Both the position numbers and the translations under genes were made by a program. A stretch of 64,000 bases of DNA from Candidatus Nomurabacteria bacterium. GTDB lineage: Bacteria; Patescibacteriota; Minisyncoccia; Phycocordibacterales; UBA9973. Shown in pieces: positions 47,735-57,863 of this stretch (position 1 is the stretch's first letter; each line of letters begins with the position of its first letter). The notes under the pieces were generated by a model. That model saw only the letters and a program-made list of their open reading frames with translations. It was not told the DNA's origin and did no database searches. The stretch covers positions 13,713-77,712 of the forward strand of contig JBPOHU010000001.1 in the NCBI GenBank assembly GCA_052035195.1, read 5' to 3'.

Positions 47735-49003
47735 ATGCTCGACATTAAATTCATTCGCGAAAACCCAGATCTTATTAAAGAAGCTGTTAGAAAAAAACAC
47801 CTGTCGTTTGATGTCGACAAGCTATTATCGGCAGAAGAAAAGAGAAAAGAAGCCTTAACTGCTTTTGAGACTATCCGTGCAGAGCAGAACGAGCTCTCTG
47901 ACAAAGTAGCCAAAGCTACTCCAGAAGAGAGAGCAACTTTACTAGAAGCTCTCAAGCCTATCAAAGAGAAAGTTCAAGCTGCTGAAGAGGTTGTTAGAGC
48001 TGTTACAAAAGATTGGCAAGAGTTGATGTTGCAAGTTCCAAACGTTCCAGATGTTTCTGTGCCAGAAGGAGAAGATGATAGTGGTAACGTTGAGGTGCGA
48101 ACTTGGGGAGAGAAAACACAATTTTCTTTCACACCAAAAAACCATATTGAACTTATGGAAAGTTTAGGAATGGCTGACTTTGAAAAAGGCGCAGAGGTTT
48201 CTGGTTTTAGAGGTTACTTTTTGAAAGGAGATGGAGCTTTGCTTGAATTTGCTCTTTGGCAATTTGTTACTGAATTTTTTAGAACAAAAAAGCCGGATTA
48301 TGAATTTATGCTTGTCCCATCACTCGTTCGACGAGAGACTCTTTTGGGTACTGGTTATTTGCCACAAGGGGAAGATGATTTGTATAAAACACAAGATTCA
48401 GACTATCTCTCTGGTACAGCAGAAGTAGCTGTTATGAGTTATTTTTCTGATAAGGTTTTAAATGTTTCTGATTTTCCAATCAAGAAAATAGCATTCTCTA
48501 CTGCTTTCCGCCGAGAAGCAGGAAGTCATAGTAAGGATACAAAGGGTTTGTTTAGAGTTCATGAATTTCACAAGTTCGAACAAGTAATACTCTGTGAAGC
48601 AAATCACGAGACTTCTGTTGCTTTCCATGAAGAACTCCTAGCTAATGCAGAAGAGCTTTTGCAAGCCCTTGAAGTTCCATACCATGTTGTTGTTAACTGC
48701 GGAGGAGATCTAGGACTAGGACAAGTCAAAAAGTATGACATAGAAGCCTGGGTTCCTTCTCAAAATACATACCGAGAAACTCACTCTTGTTCTTATTTCC
48801 ATGATTTTCAATCAAGAAGATTGAACTTGAAATACAAGGATGCTGAAGGCAAAAGCCACTTTGCTCACTCTTTGAACAATACTGCTTTGGCAACTCCTAG
48901 AATCTTGCAACATATAGTAGAGAATTATCAACAAGAAGACGGAACTATCAGAGTGCCTGCTGTTCTACAGAAATATATAGGAAAGGAAATAATGGGTAAA
49001 TAA
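47735..49003 (+). CDS. serS: Serine--tRNA ligase
   Basis: MLDIKFIRENPD, GTAE, FRREAG...RVHEFHKFE, HSLNNTALATPR; probable start 47735. Confidence 0.97.
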   Translation: MLDIKFIRENPDLIKEAVRKKHLSFDVDKLLSAEEKRKEALTAFETIRAEQNELSDKVAKATPEERATLLEALKPIKEKVQAAEEVVRAVTKDWQELMLQVPNVPDVSVPEGEDDSGNVEVRTWGEKTQFSFTPKNHIELMESLGMADFEKGAEVSGFRGYFLKGDGALLEFALWQFVTEFFRTKKPDYEFMLVPSLVRRETLLGTGYLPQGEDDLYKTQDSDYLSGTAEVAVMSYFSDKVLNVSDFPIKKIAFSTAFRREAGSHSKDTKGLFRVHEFHKFEQVILCEANHETSVAFHEELLANAEELLQALEVPYHVVVNCGGDLGLGQVKKYDIEAWVPSQNTYRETHSCSYFHDFQSRRLNLKYKDAEGKSHFAHSLNNTALATPRILQHIVENYQQEDGTIRVPAVLQKYIGKEIMGK

Positions 49004-49012
49004 TACATTTTT

Positions 49013-49852
49013 ATGTATGAAAAGACGTATCACACCCGGGTACTAAAACAAGATGAACCAAAAAAGGCCCAAAAGGGTTTTTCTTGGAAAAAGGCATTAA
49101 TTATTTTTCTGATACTAGCTTTTGTTTCGGGTGCTATTTTTGCTATTAGACATCCTCGTTTACAGGTCACTAGTGTGAGTGTTTTAGGTACACAAGTTCT
49201 TGATGTAGAAGATGTTGTCTCTTTTACAAAAGAACAATTAGTTGGAAAAAAATTATGGATTTTGCCCAAGAGTAGTATTTTTCTAGTTGATGAATCTTAT
49301 TTAAAAAATACAATAAAACAAAAATTCTCTAGAATAGAAAATATTTCAGTTTCAAGAGATAACTTTCATGGTTTAACCATAGAAATAAAAGAATTTGATG
49401 CTTTGTATTTATGGTGCAATCAGTCTTCAGCAGAGGATTGTTATTTTATGGACAATCAAGGCATGGTCTATAGCAATGCTCCAGTATTCTCTGGTACAGC
49501 TTATCCAAAAATAATAACAAACAAAGAAGTCTCGCCTCTACCTTTTTCCGCTATGGAAGTGAGTGAAGTATCTAGAATTACTATGTTAAATGATAGGCTC
49601 TCTGTTATAGGTATTACCCCTGTTAGTTTCAAATATATCTCTAGTAGAGAAATGATTGTTGAATTTTTGCATAATAAAGATATTTCAACTATAAAAGTAG
49701 ATCCAAATACAGCAACAGAAACAACTTTGGAATATATTTTTTCAGCTATTAGAACAGAGCCATTTTCTTCTTTGTTTCAAAATTCAGAAAAAAAGCTTTT
49801 GTACATAGATGTTCGTTTCCCAAGTAAAGTAGTTTATAAATTTGAAGAATAA
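49013..49852 (+). CDS. FtsQ/DivIB-like POTRA-domain protein
   Basis: Single N-terminal TM, POTRA-like region, C-terminal YIDVRF..KV.YK. Confidence 0.7.
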   Translation: MYEKTYHTRVLKQDEPKKAQKGFSWKKALIIFLILAFVSGAIFAIRHPRLQVTSVSVLGTQVLDVEDVVSFTKEQLVGKKLWILPKSSIFLVDESYLKNTIKQKFSRIENISVSRDNFHGLTIEIKEFDALYLWCNQSSAEDCYFMDNQGMVYSNAPVFSGTAYPKIITNKEVSPLPFSAMEVSEVSRITMLNDRLSVIGITPVSFKYISSREMIVEFLHNKDISTIKVDPNTATETTLEYIFSAIRTEPFSSLFQNSEKKLLYIDVRFPSKVVYKFEE

Positions 49853-49853
49853 A

Positions 49854-50954
49854 ATGAGTAACTTTTGGTTAGATTTAAAAAATAAAAAACAAGGACCATT
49901 TTTCGCTCTTGCTCCCATGGCGGATGTTACCGATCCTGCTTTTCGTTTACTCATCACAAAATACGGCAAGCCAGATGTTATGTGGACAGAGTTTGTATCT
50001 GCCAATGGTTTAAATAGTAAGGGCAGGGAAGTATTAAAGAGAGATTTAGAATACTCTGAAATAGAAAGACCTATTGTTGCTCAGCTTTTTTCTTCAGACC
50101 CTATTTCTATGAGAGAAGCTTCTAAGCTATGCGCAGAACTTGGTTTTGATGGGATAGACATCAATATGGGTTGTCCAGATAAAACCATAGAAAAACAAGG
50201 CTCTGGTGCTGGCATGATCAAAACTCCAGAAATAGCAAAGACGATAATACAAGCAGTAAAAGACGGGATAGCTTCTTCTGGTAAAGATATTCCTGTATCT
50301 GTAAAAACTCGTGTTGGGTATTACACTCCCGCAATAAAAGAGTGGATAGGTATGATACTAAATCAAGACATCTCTGCTTTGACTGTGCACGCTCGTACTA
50401 GAAAAGATTTGTCTAAAGTTCCAGCAAATTGGGATTATATAAAAGAAGTAGTAGAGCTGAAAAATAAAATATCTCCAAACACAGTTATCATTGGTAATGG
50501 TGATGTAGTGTCTATCTTAGATGGAAAACAAAAAGCCAAATACAGTGGCGCTGATGGAGTGATGGTAGGTAGAGCTCTTTTTGGGAACCCTTGGTTTTTT
50601 GATGAATCAAGAGAGATAGTTGCCACTCTTCCAAAGCGTGCTCCATGGATACTTCGCAAGCTACCATTTATAAAAAGATTTTTTGATACTAAAAGAAGTG
50701 CCGCTGTTTCTAATGTTAAGCCTATCTCTATTAAAGAAAGGCTTGAGACTATGGTAGAGCACTGTGAAATGTTTGAGGCCATGCTCTGTCCGCCAGCTGG
50801 CGGAAAGAACTTTTCTATTATGAAAAAGCATATCAAGGCATATGTTATTGGTTTTCCTGGAGCCAAAGAGCTTCGAGTAGATTTGATGGAAAATGCCAAC
50901 AATTCTAAAGACGTAAAAGCGATAGTTGAGAGGTTTTTGACTTCTAAGTCATAA
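49854..50954 (+). CDS. dus: tRNA-dihydrouridine synthase
   Basis: LAPMADVTD, TEFVS, DINMGCP, SVKTR, VHARTR, GNGD, DGVMVGR...GNPW. Confidence 0.93.
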   Translation: MSNFWLDLKNKKQGPFFALAPMADVTDPAFRLLITKYGKPDVMWTEFVSANGLNSKGREVLKRDLEYSEIERPIVAQLFSSDPISMREASKLCAELGFDGIDINMGCPDKTIEKQGSGAGMIKTPEIAKTIIQAVKDGIASSGKDIPVSVKTRVGYYTPAIKEWIGMILNQDISALTVHARTRKDLSKVPANWDYIKEVVELKNKISPNTVIIGNGDVVSILDGKQKAKYSGADGVMVGRALFGNPWFFDESREIVATLPKRAPWILRKLPFIKRFFDTKRSAAVSNVKPISIKERLETMVEHCEMFEAMLCPPAGGKNFSIMKKHIKAYVIGFPGAKELRVDLMENANNSKDVKAIVERFLTSKS

Positions 50955-50984
50955 AAAAGCTATATTATTGGCAAACCTATTAAA

Positions 50985-51446
50985 ATGCCAATAGAAGAAC
51001 AAATAACCCCAGCCGTTGAGCCAAATATTTTTTTGCTCAGCACCTCTGAACTTTCTGTCTTGAAAAGTAAACTTGATAAAGCAAATCAGCAAAAACTGAA
51101 GTATGAAAAAGAGATAGACTCTTGGTTTTCGCAGCTAGAAAATAAACTTTTAAAAAAGATCCCAGAAGATCATAATATTTTAAAGATTATTAACTCTAAT
51201 ATTAGAGCCAAAGAAAACAGGACAATTTTAAAGTGTTTTTTGGATGGTACTTTTAATAAAGAAAAAGTGTCCCTGCGTAAGTCCGGCTTTACTGTAAAGA
51301 TATTCACTACCATGATGCCTGTAGTGATTAATCAACAAGACCTTTTGGCTCTTGTAAATGAGTTAAACGGCTTCTGGTTTTCTAACGTTAGCTTAGACGT
51401 TAAATTAGACCAACCTTATGTTTATTTTTCTTTCGCATGGCTATAG
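50985..51446 (+). CDS. Hypothetical protein
   Basis: 153-aa ORF followed by hairpin cccgct...agcggg and T tract. Confidence 0.6.
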   Translation: MPIEEQITPAVEPNIFLLSTSELSVLKSKLDKANQQKLKYEKEIDSWFSQLENKLLKKIPEDHNILKIINSNIRAKENRTILKCFLDGTFNKEKVSLRKSGFTVKIFTTMMPVVINQQDLLALVNELNGFWFSNVSLDVKLDQPYVYFSFAWL

Positions 51447-51505
51447 CATCCCATCCCGCTTCAAAAGAGCGGGGTTTTTATTTTTTTGGTACAATGTTTT
51501 CACAT

Positions 51506-52558
51506 ATGGCAAATGAAGAAAATAACCAGGTTCTTTATCGCAAATACAGACCCGCAGACTGGGATGCTGTTTTGGGGCAAGAGCATATAGTCTCTGTACT
51601 TACGCAGTCTATTGCTAATTCTTCATTTGCTCATGCGTATCTCTTTACTGGTAGTCGCGGTACCGGCAAGACTTCTGTGGCTCGTATTTTTGCCCGGGCG
51701 CTTGGCACAACACCAGAAGACGTCATAGAGATAGATGCCGCTTCAAATCGTGGTATAGACGATATTAGAGCCCTTAGGGAGGCTGTGAGGACCTTTCCTT
51801 TCTCTTCTCCTTACAAGGTCTATATTATTGATGAGGTACACATGCTTTCAAAGGATGCTTTCAATGCTCTCCTAAAGACACTAGAGGAGCCACCAAAGCA
51901 TGTGATATTTATCTTGGCGACAACAGAGTTGGACAAAGTACCTGAAACTATTCTTTCTCGTTGTCAGACATTTTCTTTTCGAAAACCAACAGAGAAAATA
52001 CTTACTCTCATGGTAGAAGATATAGCAAAGAGAGAGAAAGTAAATATCGATAATGAATCTGCTTCTTTGATAGGCTTTCTCGGAGATGGATCATTTCGTG
52101 ATACTTATGGTCTCTTGCAGAAAGTCCTCTCTGCAACAGCAGACCGCAAAATCACAAGAGAATTAGTAGAGAAAGTAACAGGAGCTCCATCACTCAAAGT
52201 CATTCATGAGCTCTATGATGCTTTGATAAACAAAGACATAGCGAGCGCTTATGAAGTCTTGGCAAAGAGCAACGAACATCACACTGATATGATGCTCCTG
52301 GCTGAGCTCTTGCTCGATACTATGCGCATGAGTTTGATGTATCGTTATGCTCCTAAGATGCGAGAGCAAATAGAAGCAGAGCACAATGAAAGTTATATAG
52401 AAATAATCAAGCGGGGAGCAGTAGAAGGAGCGGAGGTTATCACTTCAGGAAGTGTTTTAGCTCTCATCAAAGCCGTAGAGCGTATAGCCTATGCTTCTAT
52501 ACCCGTTTTGCCACTTGAACTCGCATTCCTAGAAATGGTTGGGGTTGAAACAAAATAA
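51506..52558 (+). CDS. dnaX: DNA polymerase III subunit gamma/tau (short, gamma-length)
   Basis: LYRKYRP, GSRGTGKTS, EIDAASN, IIDEVHML, NALLKTLEEPP, SRC; probable start 51506. Confidence 0.95.
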   Translation: MANEENNQVLYRKYRPADWDAVLGQEHIVSVLTQSIANSSFAHAYLFTGSRGTGKTSVARIFARALGTTPEDVIEIDAASNRGIDDIRALREAVRTFPFSSPYKVYIIDEVHMLSKDAFNALLKTLEEPPKHVIFILATTELDKVPETILSRCQTFSFRKPTEKILTLMVEDIAKREKVNIDNESASLIGFLGDGSFRDTYGLLQKVLSATADRKITRELVEKVTGAPSLKVIHELYDALINKDIASAYEVLAKSNEHHTDMMLLAELLLDTMRMSLMYRYAPKMREQIEAEHNESYIEIIKRGAVEGAEVITSGSVLALIKAVERIAYASIPVLPLELAFLEMVGVETK

Positions 52559-52603
52559 CTATATAAAACTCTTTGTTCTTGGTATAATACTTGTATCCTA
52601 CCT

Positions 52604-53299
52604 ATGATAAAAAAAGAGTTTGAGAGAAAAAATGCTATCAAGTTAAGAAAGCAAGGTCTCACGTACCAAGAAATTTTAAATAAAATACCTGTTGCCAAGT
52701 CCACGCTCTCTCTGTGGCTTCGTGATGTTGGTTTGGCAAAGAGACAAAAACAAATTCTTTCACAAAAGAAAATTTTATCCGCCAAAAGGGGTGGTATCGC
52801 AAAGAAAAATCAAAGAATTGAAAAGCTTAATACTATTGTTAATAATGCCTCAAAGGATATTGGCACAATCTCTGATAAAGAATTGTTTTTGATAGGTACG
52901 ACGCTCTATTGGGCTGAAGGAGCAAAAGAAAAGCCTGATAGACCAGGCTCTGGATTCCAATTTGGCAACATGGATCCAAGGATGGTGCAGGTGGTTCTCG
53001 CTTGGTTAGAAAGGGTATGTAAAATTCAAAAAAGTATGGTAGTATACGAGCTGTACATTCATAAAAGCCATAAAAACAGGCTCTCAGAGATGGTAAAATA
53101 CTGGGAGAATACTCTTGGTTTGAACAGAGGCAGTATTACTAAAGTTTATTTAAAAAATAACCAATCTAGCAATACAAACCGTAAAAATACAGGATCAGAG
53201 TATCGAGGACTTATCCGCATACGAGTAAATCAAAGCTCTACTCTAGTTAGAGAGATTGCAGGATGGGTCAATGGCATATATAAAGAAATTTGTGAATAA
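52604..53299 (+). CDS. HTH plus LAGLIDADG-like domain protein abutting a tRNA
   Basis: N-terminal LRKQGLTY.EI...VAKSTLSLW HTH; GTTLYWAEGAK helix; F.N.DP; stop 3 nt before tRNA-Gln. Confidence 0.65.
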   Translation: MIKKEFERKNAIKLRKQGLTYQEILNKIPVAKSTLSLWLRDVGLAKRQKQILSQKKILSAKRGGIAKKNQRIEKLNTIVNNASKDIGTISDKELFLIGTTLYWAEGAKEKPDRPGSGFQFGNMDPRMVQVVLAWLERVCKIQKSMVVYELYIHKSHKNRLSEMVKYWENTLGLNRGSITKVYLKNNQSSNTNRKNTGSEYRGLIRIRVNQSSTLVREIAGWVNGIYKEICE

Positions 53300-53302
53300 A
53301 GC

Positions 53303-53373
53303 TGGGGTATCGTCTAACGGCAGGACTACGGTTTTTGGTACCGTCTATCGAGGTTCGAATCCTTGTACCCCAG
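53303..53373 (+). tRNA. tRNA-Gln(TTG)
   Basis: TGGGGTA...ACGGT-TTTTGGT-ACCGT...CGAGG-TTCGAAT-CCTTG-TACCCCA-G; CCA not encoded. Confidence 0.95.
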
Positions 53374-53576
53374 CTTTGCACATAAATTTCTTTTGACTGA
53401 AAAAGTTTTAGGCGACCGCGTGCCACCATAGCTTTCTTTGACCCAACGTAGCTTTAGCGAAGTAGGTAGCGGTGGAGCAAGGAGAGATTCCTTGTCGGGT
53501 AGCTAGAGGAGGGTAATTTGTTATACAGACAAATTATCTTTACATAAAGCAAAAACTTCTATGATAGAATATCTAA

Positions 53577-54191
53577 ATGGCAAAGGTTGCTTTTATTGAT
53601 GTTCAAAATACAGAAACTACAGTTCAGAAATGGTTAGGTTTTTCAATTGATTGGCAAAAATTTGTTTCTTTTCTGAAAACTGACTGGGGTTGTAATCATG
53701 TGTATTTTTATTTAGGTATTCAGCAAGGAGACACGACAAGAGCTCAAGAGTTTGATAGCTTAAAGAGCGCAGATGTTACTGTTCGACCTAAGTACTATTT
53801 TGTACATAAAGTCAGTGATAAAACAGTCAATACAACCTGTCCGGTATGTTCACAAAAAATAACTGTTAAGGTTGATATGGGATATACATGGAAATGTAAC
53901 TGTGATGTTGAGCTAACCGCAGACGTTCTCGACCATGCTCAACCAGACACTCAGATGTATCTTTTTAGTGGTGATGGGGACTTTGAGTTTCTTATCGATA
54001 AAGTCTTAGGAAAAGGAACAGATCTTGTTTCTATAGTTTCAACTTCCAAACCCCGAATAGTGGCTGGTCGTTCTGATTATAGACTCTCAAAAAAACTAAA
54101 GGCTATGACTAGAAATAAATTGGTTAAAATTTTAGAGATTGATAATATTAAAAAGAAAATAGAGAGTGGCGCGGTAATATCTACAGCTTAA
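53577..54191 (+). CDS. NYN-domain (PIN-like) ribonuclease with inserted CxxC motif
   Basis: FIDVQN, KCNCDVEL..D, FSGDGDF; CPVC insert. Confidence 0.8.
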   Translation: MAKVAFIDVQNTETTVQKWLGFSIDWQKFVSFLKTDWGCNHVYFYLGIQQGDTTRAQEFDSLKSADVTVRPKYYFVHKVSDKTVNTTCPVCSQKITVKVDMGYTWKCNCDVELTADVLDHAQPDTQMYLFSGDGDFEFLIDKVLGKGTDLVSIVSTSKPRIVAGRSDYRLSKKLKAMTRNKLVKILEIDNIKKKIESGAVISTA

Positions 54192-54372
54192 AACGCAAAA
54201 GAGCCGCGAAGCGCGACTCTCTTTAGCGATAGTAATACTATATACAAACACTGATTATTTGTCAAGTCAAGATGTGCATAACTCAACCAAACTTAGATAA
54301 ACAACCTTAATTTGCAATAAATACTGTTCTAATATCGCCCCAAACCTTCAGCAAATAAGCTATACTTTAATT

Positions 54373-54837
54373 ATGGAACAATTACTTAATTCGAACGAGA
54401 AGCCAGAATCATCAAAAATAATTGATGAACAACTTGAGGCGCTTAAAAAAAATACTCAAGAAAATATAGAGGATAATGAATTCCTATTAAAACACCATTT
54501 TGAACTTTTAAAGAGATATATTGAAATACTCAAAGATAGTGAAGACTGGATCAAAGAAATGATTGCTTTTAGTAAGCAGAATGAAGAAATGGACAATTTC
54601 TTTAAAGAGCAAGGCAAAGAATCATCATTTTCTAGCAGATCGTATACGGTTGAGGATGTAGAAAGAGAGTTACAAAATATTGAAAAAATAAAATCTGAAA
54701 TAAAAGAAATTCATAGACTTATTACTGATATGCAACTTGATACAGTAAAAGAAAGAGAAGATTTAGATCTATTAAATGAATTGGAAAAAGAATTTAAGGA
54801 AACTGTAATGAGGATTGCCCCAGACCGACTGAATTAA
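54373..54837 (+). CDS. Hypothetical acidic coiled-coil protein
   Basis: 154-aa ORF; TATACT 6 nt upstream of ATG; lies between two repeat copies. Confidence 0.7.
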   Translation: MEQLLNSNEKPESSKIIDEQLEALKKNTQENIEDNEFLLKHHFELLKRYIEILKDSEDWIKEMIAFSKQNEEMDNFFKEQGKESSFSSRSYTVEDVERELQNIEKIKSEIKEIHRLITDMQLDTVKEREDLDLLNELEKEFKETVMRIAPDRLN

Positions 54838-54900
54838 TCAGTATAGTTCCAACATCGCCCCAAACTGCCAGCTACGACTTTTTTGAGTTATAATTAAATT

Positions 54901-55425
54901 ATGAAAGTTTTACTAACAGGTGTCGCAGGGACAGGAAAGTCTACAATAATAAATTCTCTAAATGAAAAAGGGTTAGTTGCTATTGATCTTCATGACATAC
55001 CTGGGTTATTTTTTTGGCAAGACAAAATAACTAAAGAGAAGGTTCCATATTCTCCTGTTCAATTAAGAGAGTGGTTTGATAACGTAGATAGACTTTGTGA
55101 TATTGATACATTAAAAGAAATATTAGACCAATATCAAGATGTTGTTATGGCTGGGACAACAAGCGGTAGTAATCAAAAAGAATTCTTATCACTTTTTGAT
55201 AAAGTGATACTTTTGCAAGCAAATCCCCAGACGCTAGTTGATCGTATGGAAACGAGAACAAATAAATCGGGGTACGGGAAGACAAAGGCAGAGCAAGAAG
55301 ATAATGTTGAATGGCAAAAAGAATTCGAACCGCTTTTGCTCTCTTATGGAGCTATTCCTGTAAGTACTGAAGAAGAACTTGATGATGTAGTAGATAGAGT
55401 TATTACAGTATTAAACATTAAGTAA
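54901..55425 (+). CDS. P-loop nucleotide/shikimate-kinase-like protein
   Basis: LLTGVAGTGKST, R...R lid motif (DRMETRTN..YGK). Confidence 0.8.
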   Translation: MKVLLTGVAGTGKSTIINSLNEKGLVAIDLHDIPGLFFWQDKITKEKVPYSPVQLREWFDNVDRLCDIDTLKEILDQYQDVVMAGTTSGSNQKEFLSLFDKVILLQANPQTLVDRMETRTNKSGYGKTKAEQEDNVEWQKEFEPLLLSYGAIPVSTEEELDDVVDRVITVLNIK

Positions 55426-55506
55426 GGTTCCAACATAAACCTAAACCCTTAGCAAATATTTTGGAAATAAAAAAAATGGCTTCGCGTATTTACGAAGCCA
55501 TCAAAG

Positions 55507-55986
55507 CTACTTTTCATTTATACTGAAACCGTGGATAGAAACTTTAGCAGGGTCAATATTTTTTTCAAATACAAACACACTCAATTCTTTCAAAGTGACA
55601 ACATTCGTGTTGTTTTGTGCGTGTTGTTCTATCAGAATTTTTATTTTCCCTTTCAATCTGTTTTCTCGAAAATCATTTATGTTCTGAGTAACAACTTCCC
55701 AGTCCTCTATGGATAGGTGGAGAGACTTGTCTTTCGGGTATTTAAGATGATCAAGATATTTACCTATCAAGACCAACGGTTCTACACCCAAAACCTCACT
55801 TATTGCTAAAATGGCATCGAGAGTCGCACGGGATGTACCTAATTCATAAGAACTCCACTGTGCCTGTGATATTTTCAATAATACAGAACAGTTTGCTTGG
55901 GTGAGGTTTTTATACTTCCTCACCTCCTTTAGAGCGAGGCCAAAAGCGTTAGTGTTGTTTTCTTTCATTAATGAAGTTTTGTTCAT
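55507..55986 (-). CDS. XRE-family HTH protein
   Basis: LKEVRKYKNLTQ...ISQAQWSSYELG; own promoter and terminator. Confidence 0.75.
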   Translation of the reverse strand: MNKTSLMKENNTNAFGLALKEVRKYKNLTQANCSVLLKISQAQWSSYELGTSRATLDAILAISEVLGVEPLVLIGKYLDHLKYPKDKSLHLSIEDWEVVTQNINDFRENRLKGKIKILIEQHAQNNTNVVTLKELSVFVFEKNIDPAKVSIHGFSINEK

Positions 55987-56143
55987 CTTACAACTTATCC
56001 AACTTTTGTCAATAAACAGGTTCTAACATCTCTTCGGCAAGTTAACAGTGAGTCTGTCGAACTGCTCAGAATAAACTTTCCCATACGGCCAGCAAATATT
56101 TTGGAAATAAAAAAAGCCACCTTTTAGGGTGGCCTGAGGGATA

Positions 56144-56533
56144 TCAGAGCATTTTTTCTCTGAATTCCTTAAGTCCTTCAGCATGTGTTGTGTGTATGAA
56201 CTCTCCGGTATCAGGAGCTCGGAAGCATCCCAGTGTATACGGTCGTCCGTCCTTGGTCTCAATATAAAGAGAATCTCCAGGGCGAATTTCCCAGAAATCT
56301 TTTTTTACGAGAACAAATGTAGTCTCGATGGGTACACTCGCTTTTTTTGTTACGAGGGTTGCTCTTATTCTCATAAGCAAGGCAGGACAATTTTCGAATA
56401 CTTCTTTTTCTTTGCAACTGATTGTGGCCTTTTGAAATTCAAATTCAGTTGAATCAAGAAGAAATTCGATGAGTTTTTTGAGAATGTCTAAAGAGACAAT
56501 CTCGGAGGCGCTAAGTGATTTAAAGAACGTCAT
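56144..56533 (-). CDS. Hypothetical protein
   Basis: 129-aa ORF; terminator gccacc...ggtggc at ~56115-56133. Confidence 0.6.
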   Translation of the reverse strand: MTFFKSLSASEIVSLDILKKLIEFLLDSTEFEFQKATISCKEKEVFENCPALLMRIRATLVTKKASVPIETTFVLVKKDFWEIRPGDSLYIETKDGRPYTLGCFRAPDTGEFIHTTHAEGLKEFREKML

Positions 56534-56714
56534 AATAATCCAATTTTAGGATTTATTGGCAGGGAATACCCGCTACCAAACTACAGTTTTAGTAGTATTT
56601 ATATTATACTATATTATTGACTACAAGTCAATGTACTAAAGCCGAACTCTGTACTTTGGTAATCAGTAAATATTTTAGAAATAAAAAAAAAGAGCCGAAG
56701 CTCTTTAATCTTTT

Positions 56715-56999
56715 TTAATCAGAAATAGGTTCGAGAAAAAATAAAGTATCAATAAGTCGAACACTGGAAAAAGGGAAGCTGTAAGGATTGTTTCTTATTT
56801 TTACTATCTTATTAACGACTTTATGTCGAGGGAAAATAATAGAAACTATTATAGAAGGTTTATTTTCCATCTCTAACACTTCTTCCTCATCATAAAAATT
56901 ACCGATGTAGGACCGAATTCCATATTGTATTTTCCCTTGACCTCTCATCTTAACCTTAGGGTATTCTAACCCTGCACTATTAGTACTATTATTGTTCAT
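56715..56999 (-). CDS. Hypothetical protein
   Basis: 94-aa ORF; GAGG just upstream; terminator agagc...gctct at ~56691-56704. Confidence 0.55.
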   Translation of the reverse strand: MNNNSTNSAGLEYPKVKMRGQGKIQYGIRSYIGNFYDEEEVLEMENKPSIIVSIIFPRHKVVNKIVKIRNNPYSFPFSSVRLIDTLFFLEPISD

Positions 57000-57144
57000 A
57001 CCTCTTTTTTAATTATAGTATCTCTTTTGAAATGAAAGTCAAAGTCCAAACTTTCTGTTTACACAGGTAGTCCATATAGTCAGCAAATATTTTGGAAATA
57101 AAAAAGTTCCCGATTTGGGAACTGTTAATCTTTACAAAGTAAAC

Positions 57145-57747
57145 TCAAACCTTTCTTTTTGTTAGGTACATGAACAATGAATTCATTACGAATAAATAAA
57201 GAGGAAAGAGTGCATACACCCATGCATACCCGATACAAATGATAAGAGTAAATGCCCAGGATAATACTCCGTACAACCATGCTGAAGATTTTTCAGATTC
57301 TGGTTTTGTATAAGCATTATGAATGGTTGGGATTGCAACAATAAAATCCGCAATAATTCCGAAGATGGTGGTTACGAGGGCATTTTTTGTAGATAGATAT
57401 ATACCTACACAAATCATGCCTAAAATAAGACACCACCAATCCATAGGTTTTATGCTGTAACTTTTAACTGCAAATGCGGTGACGGCAATGATGACACAGA
57501 AAATTACTGAAGTAAGGATTGTTATCTGGTTCCACTCAAACCCGTTTTTAATGACCTGAGAAGTAAGACTGATTCCCATCATGAGCGCCCAACCGATCCA
57601 TGAGAGGGGGCGTGGCTTTATTCTCTTTTCATGATTTTTGTTAACAATAGAAGCTATATAAGCGAGGCTTGCTGCAACTAGTAATAGCCCAGCAATGGCA
57701 CTTAATGATTGCTCCATAAAACTTGGAAGAAAGCTAATTAATTGCAT
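57145..57747 (-). CDS. Multi-pass membrane protein (PQ-loop-like)
   Basis: About seven hydrophobic segments; KP...SW..W, D...IPT..., P.SE...W. Confidence 0.7.
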   Translation of the reverse strand: MQLISFLPSFMEQSLSAIAGLLLVAASLAYIASIVNKNHEKRIKPRPLSWIGWALMMGISLTSQVIKNGFEWNQITILTSVIFCVIIAVTAFAVKSYSIKPMDWWCLILGMICVGIYLSTKNALVTTIFGIIADFIVAIPTIHNAYTKPESEKSSAWLYGVLSWAFTLIICIGYAWVYALFPLYLFVMNSLFMYLTKRKV

Positions 57748-57863
57748 TTCGTATATTTTTTGTTGTGAAATTTAATTTTAAATTAACACTAAAATATAAT
57801 CTTGTCAAGTATCTTGGTTCCAACACTATCCCGCACTGCCAGCAAATAGGTTATAATCATTTT

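Noticed and set aside
47669-47964. Apparent long overlap of dprA and serS
   Set aside because: Artefact of longest-ORF calling; starts at 47694 (-) and 47735 (+) leave a 40-nt divergent gap.
55426-55470. Repeat read as a decayed protein C-terminus on the + strand (GSNIxPxxQQIFWK stop)
   Set aside because: No gene in the window ends this way and several copies contain in-frame stops; dyad symmetry explains the pattern better, though this reading is not fully excluded.
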